Assembly: GCF_964355755.1 (NCBI RefSeq)
Contig: NC_092678.1
Location: 6,712,422-6,776,421, forward strand
Length of the DNA: 64,000 bases
Direction: 5' to 3'
Origin: Antedon mediterranea
Taxonomy: Eukaryota; Animalia; Echinodermata
Part shown: positions 23,731-37,211 of the stretch, in pieces
How positions within the stretch are numbered: the stretch's first letter is position 1
How the letters are laid out: the number at the start of each line of letters is the position of its first letter
Notes under the pieces: model-generated
The model's input: only the letters and a program-made list of their open reading frames with translations
What the model was told of the DNA's origin: nothing
Database searches by the model: none
Position numbers and translations under genes: made by a program

Positions 23731-24356
23731 ATTAAACGATCAGATTTTTAACTGGGGAAAGTCACTACACAGGCCTATGTTGTATTATAAGCTGCATAAT
23801 GCTAAACACGGTAACAGGCTTCAATTTCCAAATCATCATGATAACAAATAGCAGCAAGGCAGTTTCCAGCTTATTGAATGTTTATTGAATTGGAAATAAG
23901 GACAATACAATTCTTTGCAGCAGTGAAATGGTCTGCTGATTTTAGTCCGATTGTTGTTTTCGGTATAATATACAGGCGACTGAACACAACAAACTACTTT
24001 AAACACGGGTCAAAGGTTACCCGTGTCAATAACAACATAGACAGAAAGTACAGTAGCTATAATTGCTTTGTATTTAATTATTTTGAACCGGAAATAGGTC
24101 TACAAGTTTCTTGGAAAAGGAAGGGTTTTTGGGGTATTTTTGTGGGTTTAGTTTTATGAGCATTTATAATACAGTAGTACTTTCATTCAATCTTAGAAAG
24201 TAAAATTGAATTAACAACAAAATAAACTGGAAGACGATGCGCTCTCATCTAATAGTACGGGTTATTATGTCTTCCAGCTCGATATTTGTGCCAAAATAGA
24301 TTTTTTTAGCTAACTTTGTTAAGCAGGGAGGTATAAAACTATTGTATACCTCCATG

Positions 24357-24545
24357 ACATGAGGATGTTACTCCACCCGGAGAGCATCTTTAACTTATAA
24401 AACGTTGTCTATTATAATCGTGAGACTAAAGATTTTCACTTGTATTAAGTCTATACACTTCAGGGCATATATCGATTTTTAAAAAAAAAATTATTAAAAG
24501 AAGGAATTCTACATTTTGTAAACACGAGGCTAGCATTACAATGCC
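24357..24545. repeat. Dispersed repeat, second copy at ~62703-62870
   Basis: Both copies share TCCACCCGGAGAG...ACGTTGTCTA...TTTTCACTTG...CATATATCGATTTT...GAATTCTACA...GAGGCT. Confidence 0.7.
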
Positions 24546-25849
24546 GAGGCTTTTGCAACAAAATTCTTAACTCATTATTGTAACAAGGTACCCTGATTAT
24601 AGCTGTACCATAATGTATCACAATACATATTTACACAACTTGTTCTAAATAAAACACATTTCACATCGATAAAACACAGGATAATTCTGATCAATGAGTT
24701 GGCTCTGATACACAAAGATCTATATTGGCGCTTTATATCTAACTAATCGCCTTATCCATGACCAAGATATGTGGTTAAATCAACATATTCTAAGCGTTTT
24801 CCATTAGTATTAATAGGTTTCAATTGAATAGTACGTGACTTAAGACAGATTATTATACACAATCTATATATCATTGTTGGCCACAAAGCATACAGAAACA
24901 TCAATTAAATACTGCAAACCTGATGCCGAAGGTGTAAAAAACACCATGTGTTCTGCATAATAGGTTGTTAAAATGTAATATTATTTCCTGTTGCTTAGCG
25001 TAGTGATAAGATCATTTATACACATATTATACAGATGAGGATGCAACAAAGCAAAATGTGCATTAAGGGCAAGTATTGCACTAAGGGGTGAAGGCGACGA
25101 GGAAACCAGATGGGTGAAAAACCACTAAAATGTTTTGAGAACTCTTGAAGAAAAAAGGTAATGAAATGTTTCTGCCTAGTTATTCTAATGTGAACTCTTT
25201 GTATAACTGAATAAATATCTTCACATTTCAATATGTATGTTGGTCTTCACTACAGAAAGTCTTATGAAGCGAAACTTGAAGCATAACAATACAAAAAGAC
25301 TGATCAAGTTTGTGTACCGTAACTGATAGTTTCTCTTTTACGCATAAATTATTTTTCTGAAAGAATTTTATGCCTGGCATAGTGTGTGACGCATAAGTTT
25401 TGATTTTAAATATTTTCCAATCGACTTAAGATGCAATTCAATGACGTAATAAGTAATACGCAACGTATAAATTGAGAGAAATGTTTCAAAAGATATTAAT
25501 GTTTGTTTGCACGATAATGTTCACATTTTTTCAAGCTATTCTTCTTTTAAAAAAAAAAAATATGTATATACCAAGAGATCATATTGATTTTAAGGAAAAT
25601 CGATATAAAATAAATAATAATAAAATCTTATTAAAATCTCGAGCTATCTCTATCTTTAATATAGGCTGAAATAGTTAATAGCACGCCCTCTGTCGCTCTA
25701 TACTGTTTCACTTTGTATATTAATTGTTAAAGAAGCTTTTACCTTTATGTTGTTAAAAATGAAAAAAGTAAAAATTAACTTTAAATTTAGATTTTACTTT
25801 AAAACGCACAGTAGGCCTAGATTGTGTTACAACAGTGGCGTTTGCTGCT

Positions 25850-26275
25850 ATGGGGCTGCTATAGAATACGTTGAAACACCGGTTCTCGTCAGATCACCGA
25901 AGTTAAGCAACGTTGGGCCCGGTTTCGTTCTGGATAGGAGACCGCCTAGAAATAGCGGCGGGTGTTGTATAAACACCAGAGAGTGATGGTGCAATGGTAA
26001 TATCGGACTAGCATGTGATAGGCATGGGTTCGAGGTTATCTGTACCATACTAATTGCATCCTTAGGCAAGATGCTTTACTCTCATTGCCTCGTCCTTCGG
26101 ATGGGTGTGTAAAGCCGTTGGTCCCGTGTACTTTTTTTTATTCGAAAAGAGTATAGAGATCGTCTCCCGGTGTGCTGATCTGGGAGGCTCTGCACTGCTG
26201 GCTGCCGTGGGTCCGTGGAGGGCCTAATCCGAATTTCATCAGTTTCCAGTTAAACTTGAGGACCAGTAATAATAC
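25850..26275 (+). mobile_element. SINE with a 5S rRNA-derived head, a tRNA-like segment and a Deu/Nin-domain-like core
   Basis: 25850-25969 matches 5S rRNA (ACGTTGAAACACCGGTTCTCGTCAGATCACCGAAGTTAAGCAACG...GACCGCCT...GGGTGTTGTA). 25979-26045 has an A box (TGGTGCAATGG) and a B box (GGTTCGA). These are followed by CCTTCGGATGGG...TAAAGCCGTTGGTCCCG and TTCGAAAAGAGTA...CCCGGTGT. Confidence 0.7.
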
Positions 26276-27569
26276 ATTTAACATTTAATATATACTGTAT
26301 TGTTTTGAAAAAGGTGGCATCTATTCCCAGATTTCTTAATTTCGCCCAATCTATCACGATGACAAAAAAAAACCAAATATAGTGTATCAAGATATTGACA
26401 CAAAATTCTAGTTTTGTATTGTACTATTCTATGGAACCTGTCCACGTGTAACGTGTAAAGGTAATTATTCTTTTGTAAGACCGACATATGATAAATTAGA
26501 GCGAGTTTCTTATACTTATTATTTACTTTAACGTGTGGGCGCCAAAGAAAACAAACACATTAGTACCAGTACATCGTCATGGTTCATCAATGGGCCCGTT
26601 TATGAACAGCAAGTATCCGGATAACTTGTCATCTTTTGGGGTTATTAATCATGCCTTAACGACCCTTAATTGCTTTTTTTGAGTACTACCACCTGGGTTA
26701 TCCGGACCAACCTCAGCCCGGCAAATTTGGAGGGTTGGCTTGTCCTCAGGGGAGTTGAAGGCGACCTTGCTGGATTAAACAATGTATTTTATGAGATAAT
26801 CATGCAAATCAGGCTGAAAATAAGGCCATAGTAGCCGGATAAACAAGAAGTCTGTAAACGGTAGGGAGAATTTTGATTTAGCCTTGTCAGGAGAGACCTC
26901 TGGCATATCCAGATACTTTAAATGTTCATAAACACAACCAATGATGCAGCAGACAGAGCGACAGGAAAGATTAAAGTGACGATGAGGTAAATGAGAAAGA
27001 ATGAAATAGACAATACGGTCTGATTGATAGAAAATGAAAACGATGACAATAATGATAGGGACGATAACAAAGGCGAAATAGTTTAAAGTGGCGCATAATA
27101 AAAACAAGACAATGCGCAGTTAAAGATGAGATTATGTAAATGATCAGGCTTCAACAAGTTTCCTATCCCGATCGAGTTGCTTGATTTTTTTGCTTCGTAT
27201 TTTCTCCCTGAAAATAACATTGTTTTTTTAAAACGTTTGATACGCGAGATTCTTTTTCTTCATTTTCATATCGCCCTCTATCTATTTAGTGGTTGGCGGT
27301 GAATCTTTGGTGACATGCTTAATGAATTTGAACTGATTTGAAAATTGTTGTAGCGCCCTCTTTTATTATACATTACTATTAATTTGTCACCAACATATTT
27401 TTAAAGACGCAAATCCTATTAATTTAATAAATTATAATTTATATTTGAAATTTGTTACTTCATTTTAATTTTTAGTTCATCCTAATTTATATAGTAATAT
27501 ATTATTATATTTTATTTAAACTTTTTATACAGATACAGTATTTACAAATCGGATTCTTCTTGTTTCTAG

Positions 27570-27711
27570 AGCTCTGTCTACACTACCAAACTTTATGTGT
27601 GACAAAATAATGTGATATGCCCAAATATGGTCATTATGATGTCCTATCGCTACCATATTTGGGAACATCACACTTTTTTTGTCAAACTACTTTAATAGCG
27701 TAAACAGAGCT
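27570..27711. mobile_element. MITE family C (AGCTCTGTCTACACTA TIR)
   Basis: Near-palindromic, with TAG/TAA flanks. Other copies at 29252-29405, ~47788-47903 and 61099-61306. Confidence 0.8.
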
Positions 27712-28159
27712 TAATGTTGTAAACAATCCATTATCGATCTAGGTTTTTGCATAACATTTACGTTATAAATGTTTCTATATTCTATAAAAACTGAAACAAA
27801 CAAACGCAGCAGTATCATAAACAGCACAACGAAACCAGAACGAATACAACTTCAGAACGTAACCGCCATGTTTCCGCATATATTTAACGCCTGTTCAGAC
27901 GTCGTAAAATCACCACACTGATACATTGCGCTGATGTACACTGTTGTAAAGTAGTGTTCCAGTTCATTAACTACAATCACGTTCACATCTGCGCCAATTA
28001 ATTTAGCTTAAATCAGCTCAGTATTTATCAAATCACAGAATATTCGACAAATGTCTTACCGGTTCAAGGAAAACAATAATAACGATTGAGAATACAAAAT
28101 TTAGTAGATCCGCGTTCACACTCTTTCATGTGCTTCACTTCAGCAGGCACCGGTCAACG

Positions 28160-28250
28160 ATGACGTCGATCGTCAAGGTCAGTGTGTGAGTAATTGAAAA
28201 CGCCACACCCTGACGTCACAACTAGTTGTTCAAGCGAATAATAAAAGGAG
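28160..28250. promoter_or_regulatory. Promoter of rost-like gene A with CRE sites
   Basis: Perfect CRE TGACGTCA at 28211-28218, TGACGTCG at 28161, and TATA-like AATAATAAAA at ~28237-28246, about 95 bp before the ATG at 28339. Confidence 0.5.
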
Positions 28251-28338
28251 AGCGGTAAAAGTAATACTATTAGTTGAGAATTCGAACAGAACTCCTGTGT
28301 CATAGACTAACTGATAGATTGGAATAGCATCGTTTATA

Positions 28339-31300
28339 ATGTGTGGTCCAGGCACCGAATGTCACTTCACACAGTTAGGGTTTGGAGGGGAGTCAGCCAG
28401 AAGATTTACAATACCGTCTGTAAGTATCATCATTCTTTATGATATTTTATCAATATAGAATTATAATGTAGGCCTATATTATCACTCTCAATCAAGATGT
28501 TACCTTTTTTGTAAAAAATGTATGTATAGGGCTATATAAGTGTATTATAATGTACCGTATGTATAATGTAGACCCAGGCTTATGTATACTGTGTGTGTGC
28601 ATATAGGTATGGTTAAGTAGGCCTATTTCCTGTTCAACTTTCTCTTGTTCTTGTACGAGTACTGAACGATAAATCTTTATTTATTTTTTTTTTTATCATG
28701 CTATGGCCTATATAAAACAAGAAATATTTCTTACAAAAAACGCCGCGTAACTTTTTGACTGGACAGTTGTAAGAACAGTCTTCATTAATCTAATATAATA
28801 GGTCGGCCAATCAAAACGCAAGTGAACAATTGGGACTTTACTTGTGATTTATGTCATTGGCCTGTCAGCACAGTCGTTTCTTTCTACTGTAGAATTAAAC
28901 GCACAAATTTGTATTGGGAATAATGTATGTGGTTATTACTATCGCATTTAGGTATTGATAATAATAATAATATGGCTTTTGAATATATAATTACTGTCTG
29001 TAGAATAACATTTATACATTTTCGGTTCGCGATGGATTTGTAATAGGTATTTATAATAATAGTATATGGGTTGTATTATTGCTAAGCTATCACCAAATCG
29101 CGTTATAACATTATTTCTCAGGGTTTTTTGCACCATTGATCAATACCAAACGCGTATCGGTATTATAGTTTTTAATGAATCATTACATTAATAAAAATAC
29201 CCAATTAAATCAATCGTGTCAGTCCAATTCCGACTTATGTTTCGATCACATAGTTCTGTGTCTACACTGTCCCAACTAGTTTAACAAAAAAAGTGTGATG
29301 TGCCCAAATATGGTAGTGATATGCCCGATTATCGTAGTGATATGACATCGTCATGTCTATATAATATGGGCACATCATATTTAGTTTGATAGTATAGACA
29401 GAGCTTAAGGATTATATTTAAAAAATGTTTTCTTACATTTTGAACGGAAGTATTTATTTGTTTATAAGCCCAATTTTCCAGTCTTAATTTTACATTTTGA
29501 AAAAAAGTATTTATTTGTTTATAAGCCCAATTTTCCAGTTTTAATTTTACATTTTGAAAAAAAGTATTTTATTTGTTGATAAGCCCAATTGTGCAGTCTT
29601 ATTTTACATTTTGAACGAAAGTATTTATTTGTTGATAAGCCCAATTTTGCAGTCTTATTTTACATTTTAAACGAAAGTATTTATTTGTTGATAAGCCGAA
29701 TTTTCCAGTTTAATAATAATGACCCCTTCCACAGTGCTTATACCATATACATTTTACATGATATTGACCGTGGGTTCTTTACGCCTCTGATGCATTTGTT
29801 TTTATTGTACCTTTTTAATAAATTATTATATGTTTAGGCCTAATCACACCCAATTTATGAAACGGTCAGATTCCGATTTCAATTGAACGAAAGTAGTACT
29901 ATATTTATTATTCATTGATAAGCCAAGGGTCCCATGGCGTTAGCCAATATCTTGAGCATTTGACTCTTGTGTCAACCTGTAACACAAATCAATCTTCAAA
30001 ATCTAAAGAAAGAACCTCACACGTCTTTTTTGTGAGTGATACACTATGGATATGCCCACGGAAATAATATGTGGACATTGCAAACAATCATAGGCCTACA
30101 GTAACAAACATAACATGGCTAATAAGCATAACATTCAGACTTGCTTGTTTTCTAGTGGATTTTTATTTACTTTAGCATGTAGAATAAAACTAGTAACAGT
30201 GGCTATATTAATAATTATACTGATTATCCTTGATGTTATCGCGTCTAATAATAACATATTTTGTTGTTGATAAGCCCAATTTTTCAGCCTTGATTTTACA
30301 TTTTGAACGAAAGTATTTATTTGTTGATAAGCCCAATTTTGCAGTCTTAATAATGACCCTTCCACAGTGCATTTTACATGATATTGACCGAGGGTTTTTA
30401 CGCCTCTATAGGCACTGATCAATACCATAATTAATGTACTTTTTTAAGTGAATATTGAAATGTTTCAACACTCCCAGATTTCCTCATCTTTATCGTTTCA
30501 AAAATTAATTAAATAATTTTCAGTGTATCACCGGGCGGTTTGGAATTTATTTCTATGCCTGTTGTGTTTATATATATAATATTAAGTATAATTATGAATT
30601 CACCAACACTTTCAGGCCCGGGGCCGAGTTTGTGTAGACTAGACTTCCATGCACAGCCACATGTTAAGGAATATGAATCTCTTTATGATTTTAATATGGT
30701 TCGAAATGATATTACACAACAACGATTAGACAGCAACTGTGCAAGAGTCAAACTAATAAAATCGGAATGATCAATTAATTGAACATTTACAGCATAAGGC
30801 CCATACACTAGGACGATAACGATCGACGATAAATAGACAAATGTGCATTTTTAATACATAAACCAAAAGAAATATAAACAATTCCTTTGATGAAAATTAT
30901 ATTTTCACACGTCCAATCAAATGACGTCATGATTAGTAAGACCAATAATATCGTGACAATACAGCGATTTTATTGTTTTTATTTATCATGACGTCATTTG
31001 AAATTTGAAAAACATTATTTTTAGAACGAAAACCTTTCTAATTTCTTTTGGTTTATGTAAAAAAAATGCGTGCTATATATTTATCGTCTGTCGTTATCGT
31101 CATAGTGTAATTGGGCCTTTATACACAAAAAATAAATTGATTACGAAGTTACATGTCATTTTCACCTATCACCAAAAAACTAACCTTTTCAAAACTAATT
31201 AATTGTTACGAAGCCAATTTATATTATATATTTCATTAAAACTGAACTTTACGGTAAATGAAGAGTATCAGTTAATATGAATAATATAACTAGTAGGTCT

Positions 31301-34300
31301 ATGAACTTGCGTCCAGACACAGAACTGTGACATTACTATCATAAATGTTGAAACCACTTATAAAACCTTTTTTTTTAAAGAAAATATAATTGTGTTAGGA
31401 GAAGGCTAATAAACAAATAGATAATGTTCAAACCTTTTTCTGGATTAATTAATGGAGCAGGCGTTCCTAATAATCTGCTGTAGACTGATTGTTCACCTTC
31501 TGACGATAATTGATTGGACCCCCCACGGCATCTGATAACCAACAAAAAATTTACGAGGACTGTTTCAATGATTTAATATCTGACGGCGTATTATTATAAC
31601 ATTGGCCTAGATTGAAAGTCAAAGAAAGTCATTGTAAATACCTCCCTTTATGTTGACAGAGCCAAAATAAAGTTTTGACCATTATCGAATGATTATTTGA
31701 CAGTGACTTATTATAATACCGGCCTGGTTGACAGCAAAAACGAAGTTATTATTTATTGATCAATATTTTACAGATTTCCGTCTACATCTCAATAATACTG
31801 TATTATCAGCAGAGGCTTTCATATAGACTCTCTTCTCCCAGACGTTTTTTGGGTCCAGCAGCTATACCTATAAATTATAGTCGAGTTTCCAAATTCACAA
31901 AACTGTCAGTCTTAGATACTAAAGCTACCGCTATGAAACAGCTTATTAATGAATGTGTCCTCCTGGGACATAACTGGCTAGAGCCGCGGCGCGAAAAGAT
32001 GTAGGCCTATTGATCATTATAAATTCAGTAGAGTACTGAAAACGTTCCGCTTATTAGATAGTAATATCAGGGAGTTGTTATTAGTAATAATAATTATATA
32101 GTAATAACAACTCCCTGGTAATATAACATTTTATATGAACTTGAGAACGTTTATCATATTTCATGACTTCTTCAAATAAATACTTAGCTGATTCTCCACG
32201 TATCCGGCGTGTATGTTGGCTTAATGGACCGATCATAATATCATATTTCGTTAAATTAACACTTTAAATTGGCAGGTCTTGGTATTTAGTAGGACCCATC
32301 ATTTGCTAAGCCTAAACGCGCCTCATGAAACTGGAATACTAGGGAGAAAAATTAGTTTAGAATGGTCCGGTATTTCGCCAAAGTCGAGTAAGTAGGTCTG
32401 CAGATTGTACAATAACAATGGTAAAGTGTCACGCTTCCAATCACAATTGATTATTTGTCACCCTAACAACAACCATTCAAATGTCTATTGTTGACCCACA
32501 ATACAAATACCCAAGACGCAGTCACTATAACTCACGTCACATTTTTTACTCAACAATACATCAGCTCCGTGATGGTGATTGATAATTGGTCCGATGTTTG
32601 CCCTACTCTGACGTAATTTAATTTACATCAGAGATAGGACATTGTACTGTTTATATTATCATTCATAAATGTATTAATATCTTGCCACTTTTACCTTTTT
32701 ATATCAAATCTTATTTTGTTATTGTTATGTTTTGTTGGATCTTTCTGAGACAGGCCTCTAAGTTTGATCCAAATTAATGAGATCTTTATTTGTTTATACT
32801 GATTATTGTTAACGTTTTCAATGATTGAATTGAATGTAATATTTATCTGAAACGGAACCATTTATGATGACATTCTCCTCTTCTATGTTTCAACCCCCAC
32901 AAAGATTGTGATTTTTGTTGTGGTTACACAATGTAAATCTGACGTTAAATTTAAATGAAAGTACTAACGACCACGACAGACAATACAACAACCGCTAAAT
33001 CCCTTTCCAATGTCAAGATTATCGACAAGGTAATATGAATTCATAAATTCAACTAAAGACGTATACTATAGAGAAACAATATAATAATCCAATTATGAAT
33101 ATTGACCTTGTAATACTTTTCTGTTATACAGTATACAATAGCTTGGAGGAAAATTAATAATATTATTCCCTCATATTTACCGTTTTAACTAGATTTCGAT
33201 GAGGGATATTTCTAAATAAACAAATTGAAAATTCTGTAACATTAATTGCTTTTCTAGATTGTGTAAATCTATTTAAACTTACATTATCCGATTCTCGGTT
33301 CCTGTATGTTTTGTATAGTATCATAGGCGAATTCTGCGATACAGTGTCACATATTAGTAACATGTGGCCCTGTAATAATTTTGCTGTGATACTGATACTG
33401 ACAGATAATGACATTAATGTATGTCTACACTCGTCATAACTATAGTTTTGACGAGTGTTCAGTTATTCCTAAAACAAAACGTCATTGCTAAATGTGATTG
33501 TTTTCCAAAGATTTGATCATGTATCTTATCCAAACGTCATTTTCACTTTCATTTACTATTTAAAAATATACTTTCTTGACATCAGGGGGGTTGCCTGCGG
33601 AAGCCGGAAACAATGTCAAATAAACGGATCTCTAATGATTTCTACAAATTATTCTGGTATTGATGACTACGTAAACTAAACCAATTCCTATGTGAATAAG
33701 CATTTGTATTTTCAAGGCCAAAATATATTCATTTTACAATCATAAAATAGCAAGTCACAGTGATTCATTCCTACAGTAGGTTAATCTACAGGTGGAGTAC
33801 ATTTCAAAGAAAAAGAGAAACATAAAAGTTAGAAAACGTAGGCTATCAAAGATATATCTGAAATACAGGAAGTGCCGGAAGCAATGGGCGCGGACATGAA
33901 TTCAGACGTAGGCCTAGACCTACGGCGGCGCGCCCTTCAGGCTTTTCAAAAAGCACAATGCGATCGAAACGTTCCGGAAAGTAATGACAAACTAAATTCA
34001 ATAAAATAATCACTAACAGGCTCCGGGAACAGGCTATTATTACTCACAGATGTTAGATGAATTTTTCTACCATCATATTTATATAGTATCGCTGTGGCTA
34101 TTGTAAATGTGTTAAAGTGTTGCTACCATAATTATTAATGCTTGGTTCCCACTAGGATGCAAAACAAGGACGATACGCGCAAAACTCAAGCAATTTGACC
34201 AATCATTAGCGTTGGATTATCCGAACTGTCGCTTGTCATTGGTCAAATTGCTTGAGTTTCACGTATCTCATACTAGTGGGAACTATTGCCTAGCCATATA

Positions 34301-35658
34301 ACCAATTAAGCCTATCTATTAGTCGAGCATTTCTTTGAGTTCATCCTGCAGTATTGATGACGATCACGAAGAATTTCCTTCATGCTAACTGTACATTGAC
34401 AGATTATGCAAATTTATTTTCTTGTGTTTCTTACAGCTTAATTGGAAATGGCAGCCTACCTCCTACTTGTTGTACAGGTATTTAATCGCTATATATCAGA
34501 CGGTATGGTGTGTTCTAGTGATAGTGGAATGGGGAACAGAACCTCACTACTCTCTTGTTGATACTAAATGGAAATGGCTGATATACATATCTAATTGGAG
34601 CTATCTGCTGTTGACGGTGCATTTTATCTTTGCCGCTGTCGCGGTAACTGTTTACTATACGTGTAAGTATGGTTGCCCATCCCATTTAGGACGCAACGCA
34701 AAGACGCAAGCGCAACGTAAGTCACAAGCGATAGATTATTTGAACTGTCGCTTTTCAACTCGCTCTTTCGTTGCATCTACGTCTTTGCGTTGTGTTTCTA
34801 TTGTAATCAGCTTGCGTATGTGTCGGCGCGTTACGTCATAGAGCCCGTTCTGGGTGAGCTAATAGGGACTTCTTGATTTGAGTGGACGTTCACCACTAGA
34901 ATTCGACTGGTACATTACTCGTCCACAGGTATAATTATGTTTCTATTCAAGTGTTGACACGCTAGTATGACAATGTTGAATAATAACCATGTGTGACATT
35001 ACACAGCTTCAGATGTAATCGTGCAATCCTTATTTGGTAGGCCTACGGTCTTCGTGACATTATTCTTAAACTAATTACATTTGTTTTATCAGGTGGTGGC
35101 TGCAATGATGACCCGCATTCGAAAGATCCAACCATAGAGATGTCTGAACGAGGAGAAGGATCCAGTCACGTCAACACCCAAGGTGACGCAACCATGCCGT
35201 GGTACCTGAAGATGATGTGGTTTCTCCAAGTGACCTCTTACAGTGCCGCTGTAGCAGTAACAATTCTCTACTGGATATTAGAGTACGAACCAGACACAGA
35301 CTCGATCCACGCATATGGCGTGCATGTCCACGGCATCAACGTACTACTGGTGGTCATCGACTCTTTGATTGTTGCCAACCCGTACCGACTTCTTCACATG
35401 ATCTACCCAGCTTTGTACGCTTTGGTTTATTTCATTTTTACGGCAATCTACTGGGCTGCTGGTGGTCTCAACCCCGTAGGAAACCCATGGATCTATAAGG
35501 GGTCATTAGATTGGGAGAATGAACCAGGCTTATCAGCAGTTATCGCCGCCTTGACGGTTGTTGTAGGAGCTCCTGTTTTACATTTTCTGTTTTGGTTGCT
35601 TTTTAAGATTAGGGAAGCTGTATTAAGCCGATGTTGTGGATCTTCTCAATTTGTTTAG
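28339..35658 (+). CDS. rost: Rolling stone-like multipass membrane protein A (290 aa, 3 exons)
   Basis: Exons 28339-28419 (MCGPGTECHFTQLGFGGESARRFTIPS), 34437-34662 and 35093-35658. GT-AG introns of phase 0 and 1 keep the frame. Motifs YR, W-x-IYISNW, LYW, HVHGIN, P-x-RLLH, GG-x-NP-x-G-xx-IY and LDW. Confidence 0.88.
29252..29405. mobile_element. MITE family C copy
   Basis: Shares GTGTGATGTGCCCAAATATGGTAG and the TAGACAGAGCT terminus with 27570-27711. Confidence 0.75.
29433..29710. repeat. 57-bp minisatellite, about 5 copies
   Basis: TACATTTT recurs at 29434, 29491, 29548, 29605 and 29661. A further partial duplicate including the flank lies at ~30262-30425. Confidence 0.9.
30797..31118. 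mobile_element. PIF/Harbinger-type MITE family D
   Basis: TIR AGGCCCA-TACACTAGGACGATAACGA. An inverted second copy lies at 41996-42385. Confidence 0.8.
32068..32117. mobile_element. 50-bp palindromic insertion with a 7-bp TSD (P-element-like footprint)
   Basis: 16-bp perfect arms CAGGGAGTTGTTATTA. TSD GTAATAT at 32061-32067 and 32118-32124. Confidence 0.7.
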
Positions 35659-37211
35659 GAAATAATATATATATAATATTGAAATCAGGGTCATGAGTGA
35701 GAAATAGCGAGGAAGTTCCGTCATTCAAAATGTTGCATTGTGGGCTTAATATTAACGAATGTAAGAGCTAGGCCTATTTGAAAAGTGGAAATCAGGGAAA
35801 AATCCGGGGGATTAAACCTTTATCGCCGCTCAGAAAATTATTCATAACATTATATTCGAAAACAAGCTTATGTTTCACTTAACTCTAGGCCTTTATGAAA
35901 TGTATAAAAACTATCTTTTCATAGATAGATTTCAGATTGAATAGGGCCTACATGTATTGGGTAAACATGCAAGCTTTTAGAGTGAATTGTAAGTATACAA
36001 ATGGGCATCAATTGAACTTTGAGCGCAGCTCAATAAACATTTACGTAGGCCTACAGATTTAATTTAAGGAAGGTAATTTAATTATGAGTTAAGTACATGA
36101 AAGCTTGTTCGGCGACCAGCGTCGCTATTTGTAGCTGTTCGTGCATCTCTATAGCCTAGGCCTACTTCATTCAGTTACGCTTGGCCCATTATCGAGCCCC
36201 AATGTGTTTATTTTTTAATCTTGCCATCTACTTTTGTTATTATTTATCTGGTATTATTACTTAACAATCTAATATTGTTGTCCATGATGATGGATATGGA
36301 TGATATCCGTCAAACCAGGGAAATGGGAGGTACTATGACGGAAATAAAATCAGGAATCACACAATGTTGTCTGTTTTCCTATTGTGAAACCACCCAATAA
36401 AAACAAGCTGTTACTGTACTCCCGTACCATACATACATATGTATATTTCTTATATTTAAAGGTGCAATGTTGCTAATTGCTATAAACGATTGCTGTTCGA
36501 TGCCAGTATTCCTTATTATAATGGTGTGTTTTCCCCTCTAATCATTTTAATCGTTAATTGTAATAAAATGTTGACATTTTCTAAATTCAATTTCGATGTC
36601 CATTTCGTCAGTGTTTCTATTTTTAATATAAAATTAAAACAAAAGGAAAAATAATTTTATACGGGTAAAATAAAATTGGAAACACGTTAAAACTGTTTTG
36701 TAGTGTAATAATAAATGTTTTTATATTGTAAGATTGGTAATTGTTGATGTTTGTTTCTTTTTTACTATATAATCCTGTCCACCGATAACCAAATAATCAC
36801 CGCGGTAGAATTTACCCGCTGTGTTAGTAGTACCCGGTACCTGCAGTAATCCTACATGCTTATTACTATTAATACACATTTAACCAATACAAGAGCCAGA
36901 GGTGTAATTGCTAACTTAATTTATTATTGGTTTATTTATTGGTCATCACTTTTTTACCAGTGGTACACATTGTCGTTAGTTGTGCAACCAAAATAAAACA
37001 ATAAAATAAAAGAGCAAAATAATTGATAATAATAATTGAGCAATGATTAAAAAAACTCTGTGAAATGCGACTTTTGCTGGTCATAGTTTCGATTGAGAGT
37101 AAGTCGCTCTCTCGCGCATTTTCTTGCAGACGATTAAGAGTTTTACACTCAGTATAATAAAAACACTGTACTTGGGCCTACAATGGCCATCACTATGTTA
37201 TCTTATAATTC

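Noticed and set aside
22195-23851. Plus-strand ORFs antisense to the Ig gene (and those antisense to the TSP1 and LINE ORFs)
   Set aside because: They are shadow frames of real coding sequence with no independent motifs.
25850-25969. Functional 5S rRNA gene
   Set aside because: The 5' end and internal control region are diverged, there is no oligo-T terminator, and it runs straight into SINE body sequence.
34663-34841. C-terminal extension of ORF 34422-34841
   Set aside because: It is read-through past the GTAAGT donor into an intronic MITE remnant.
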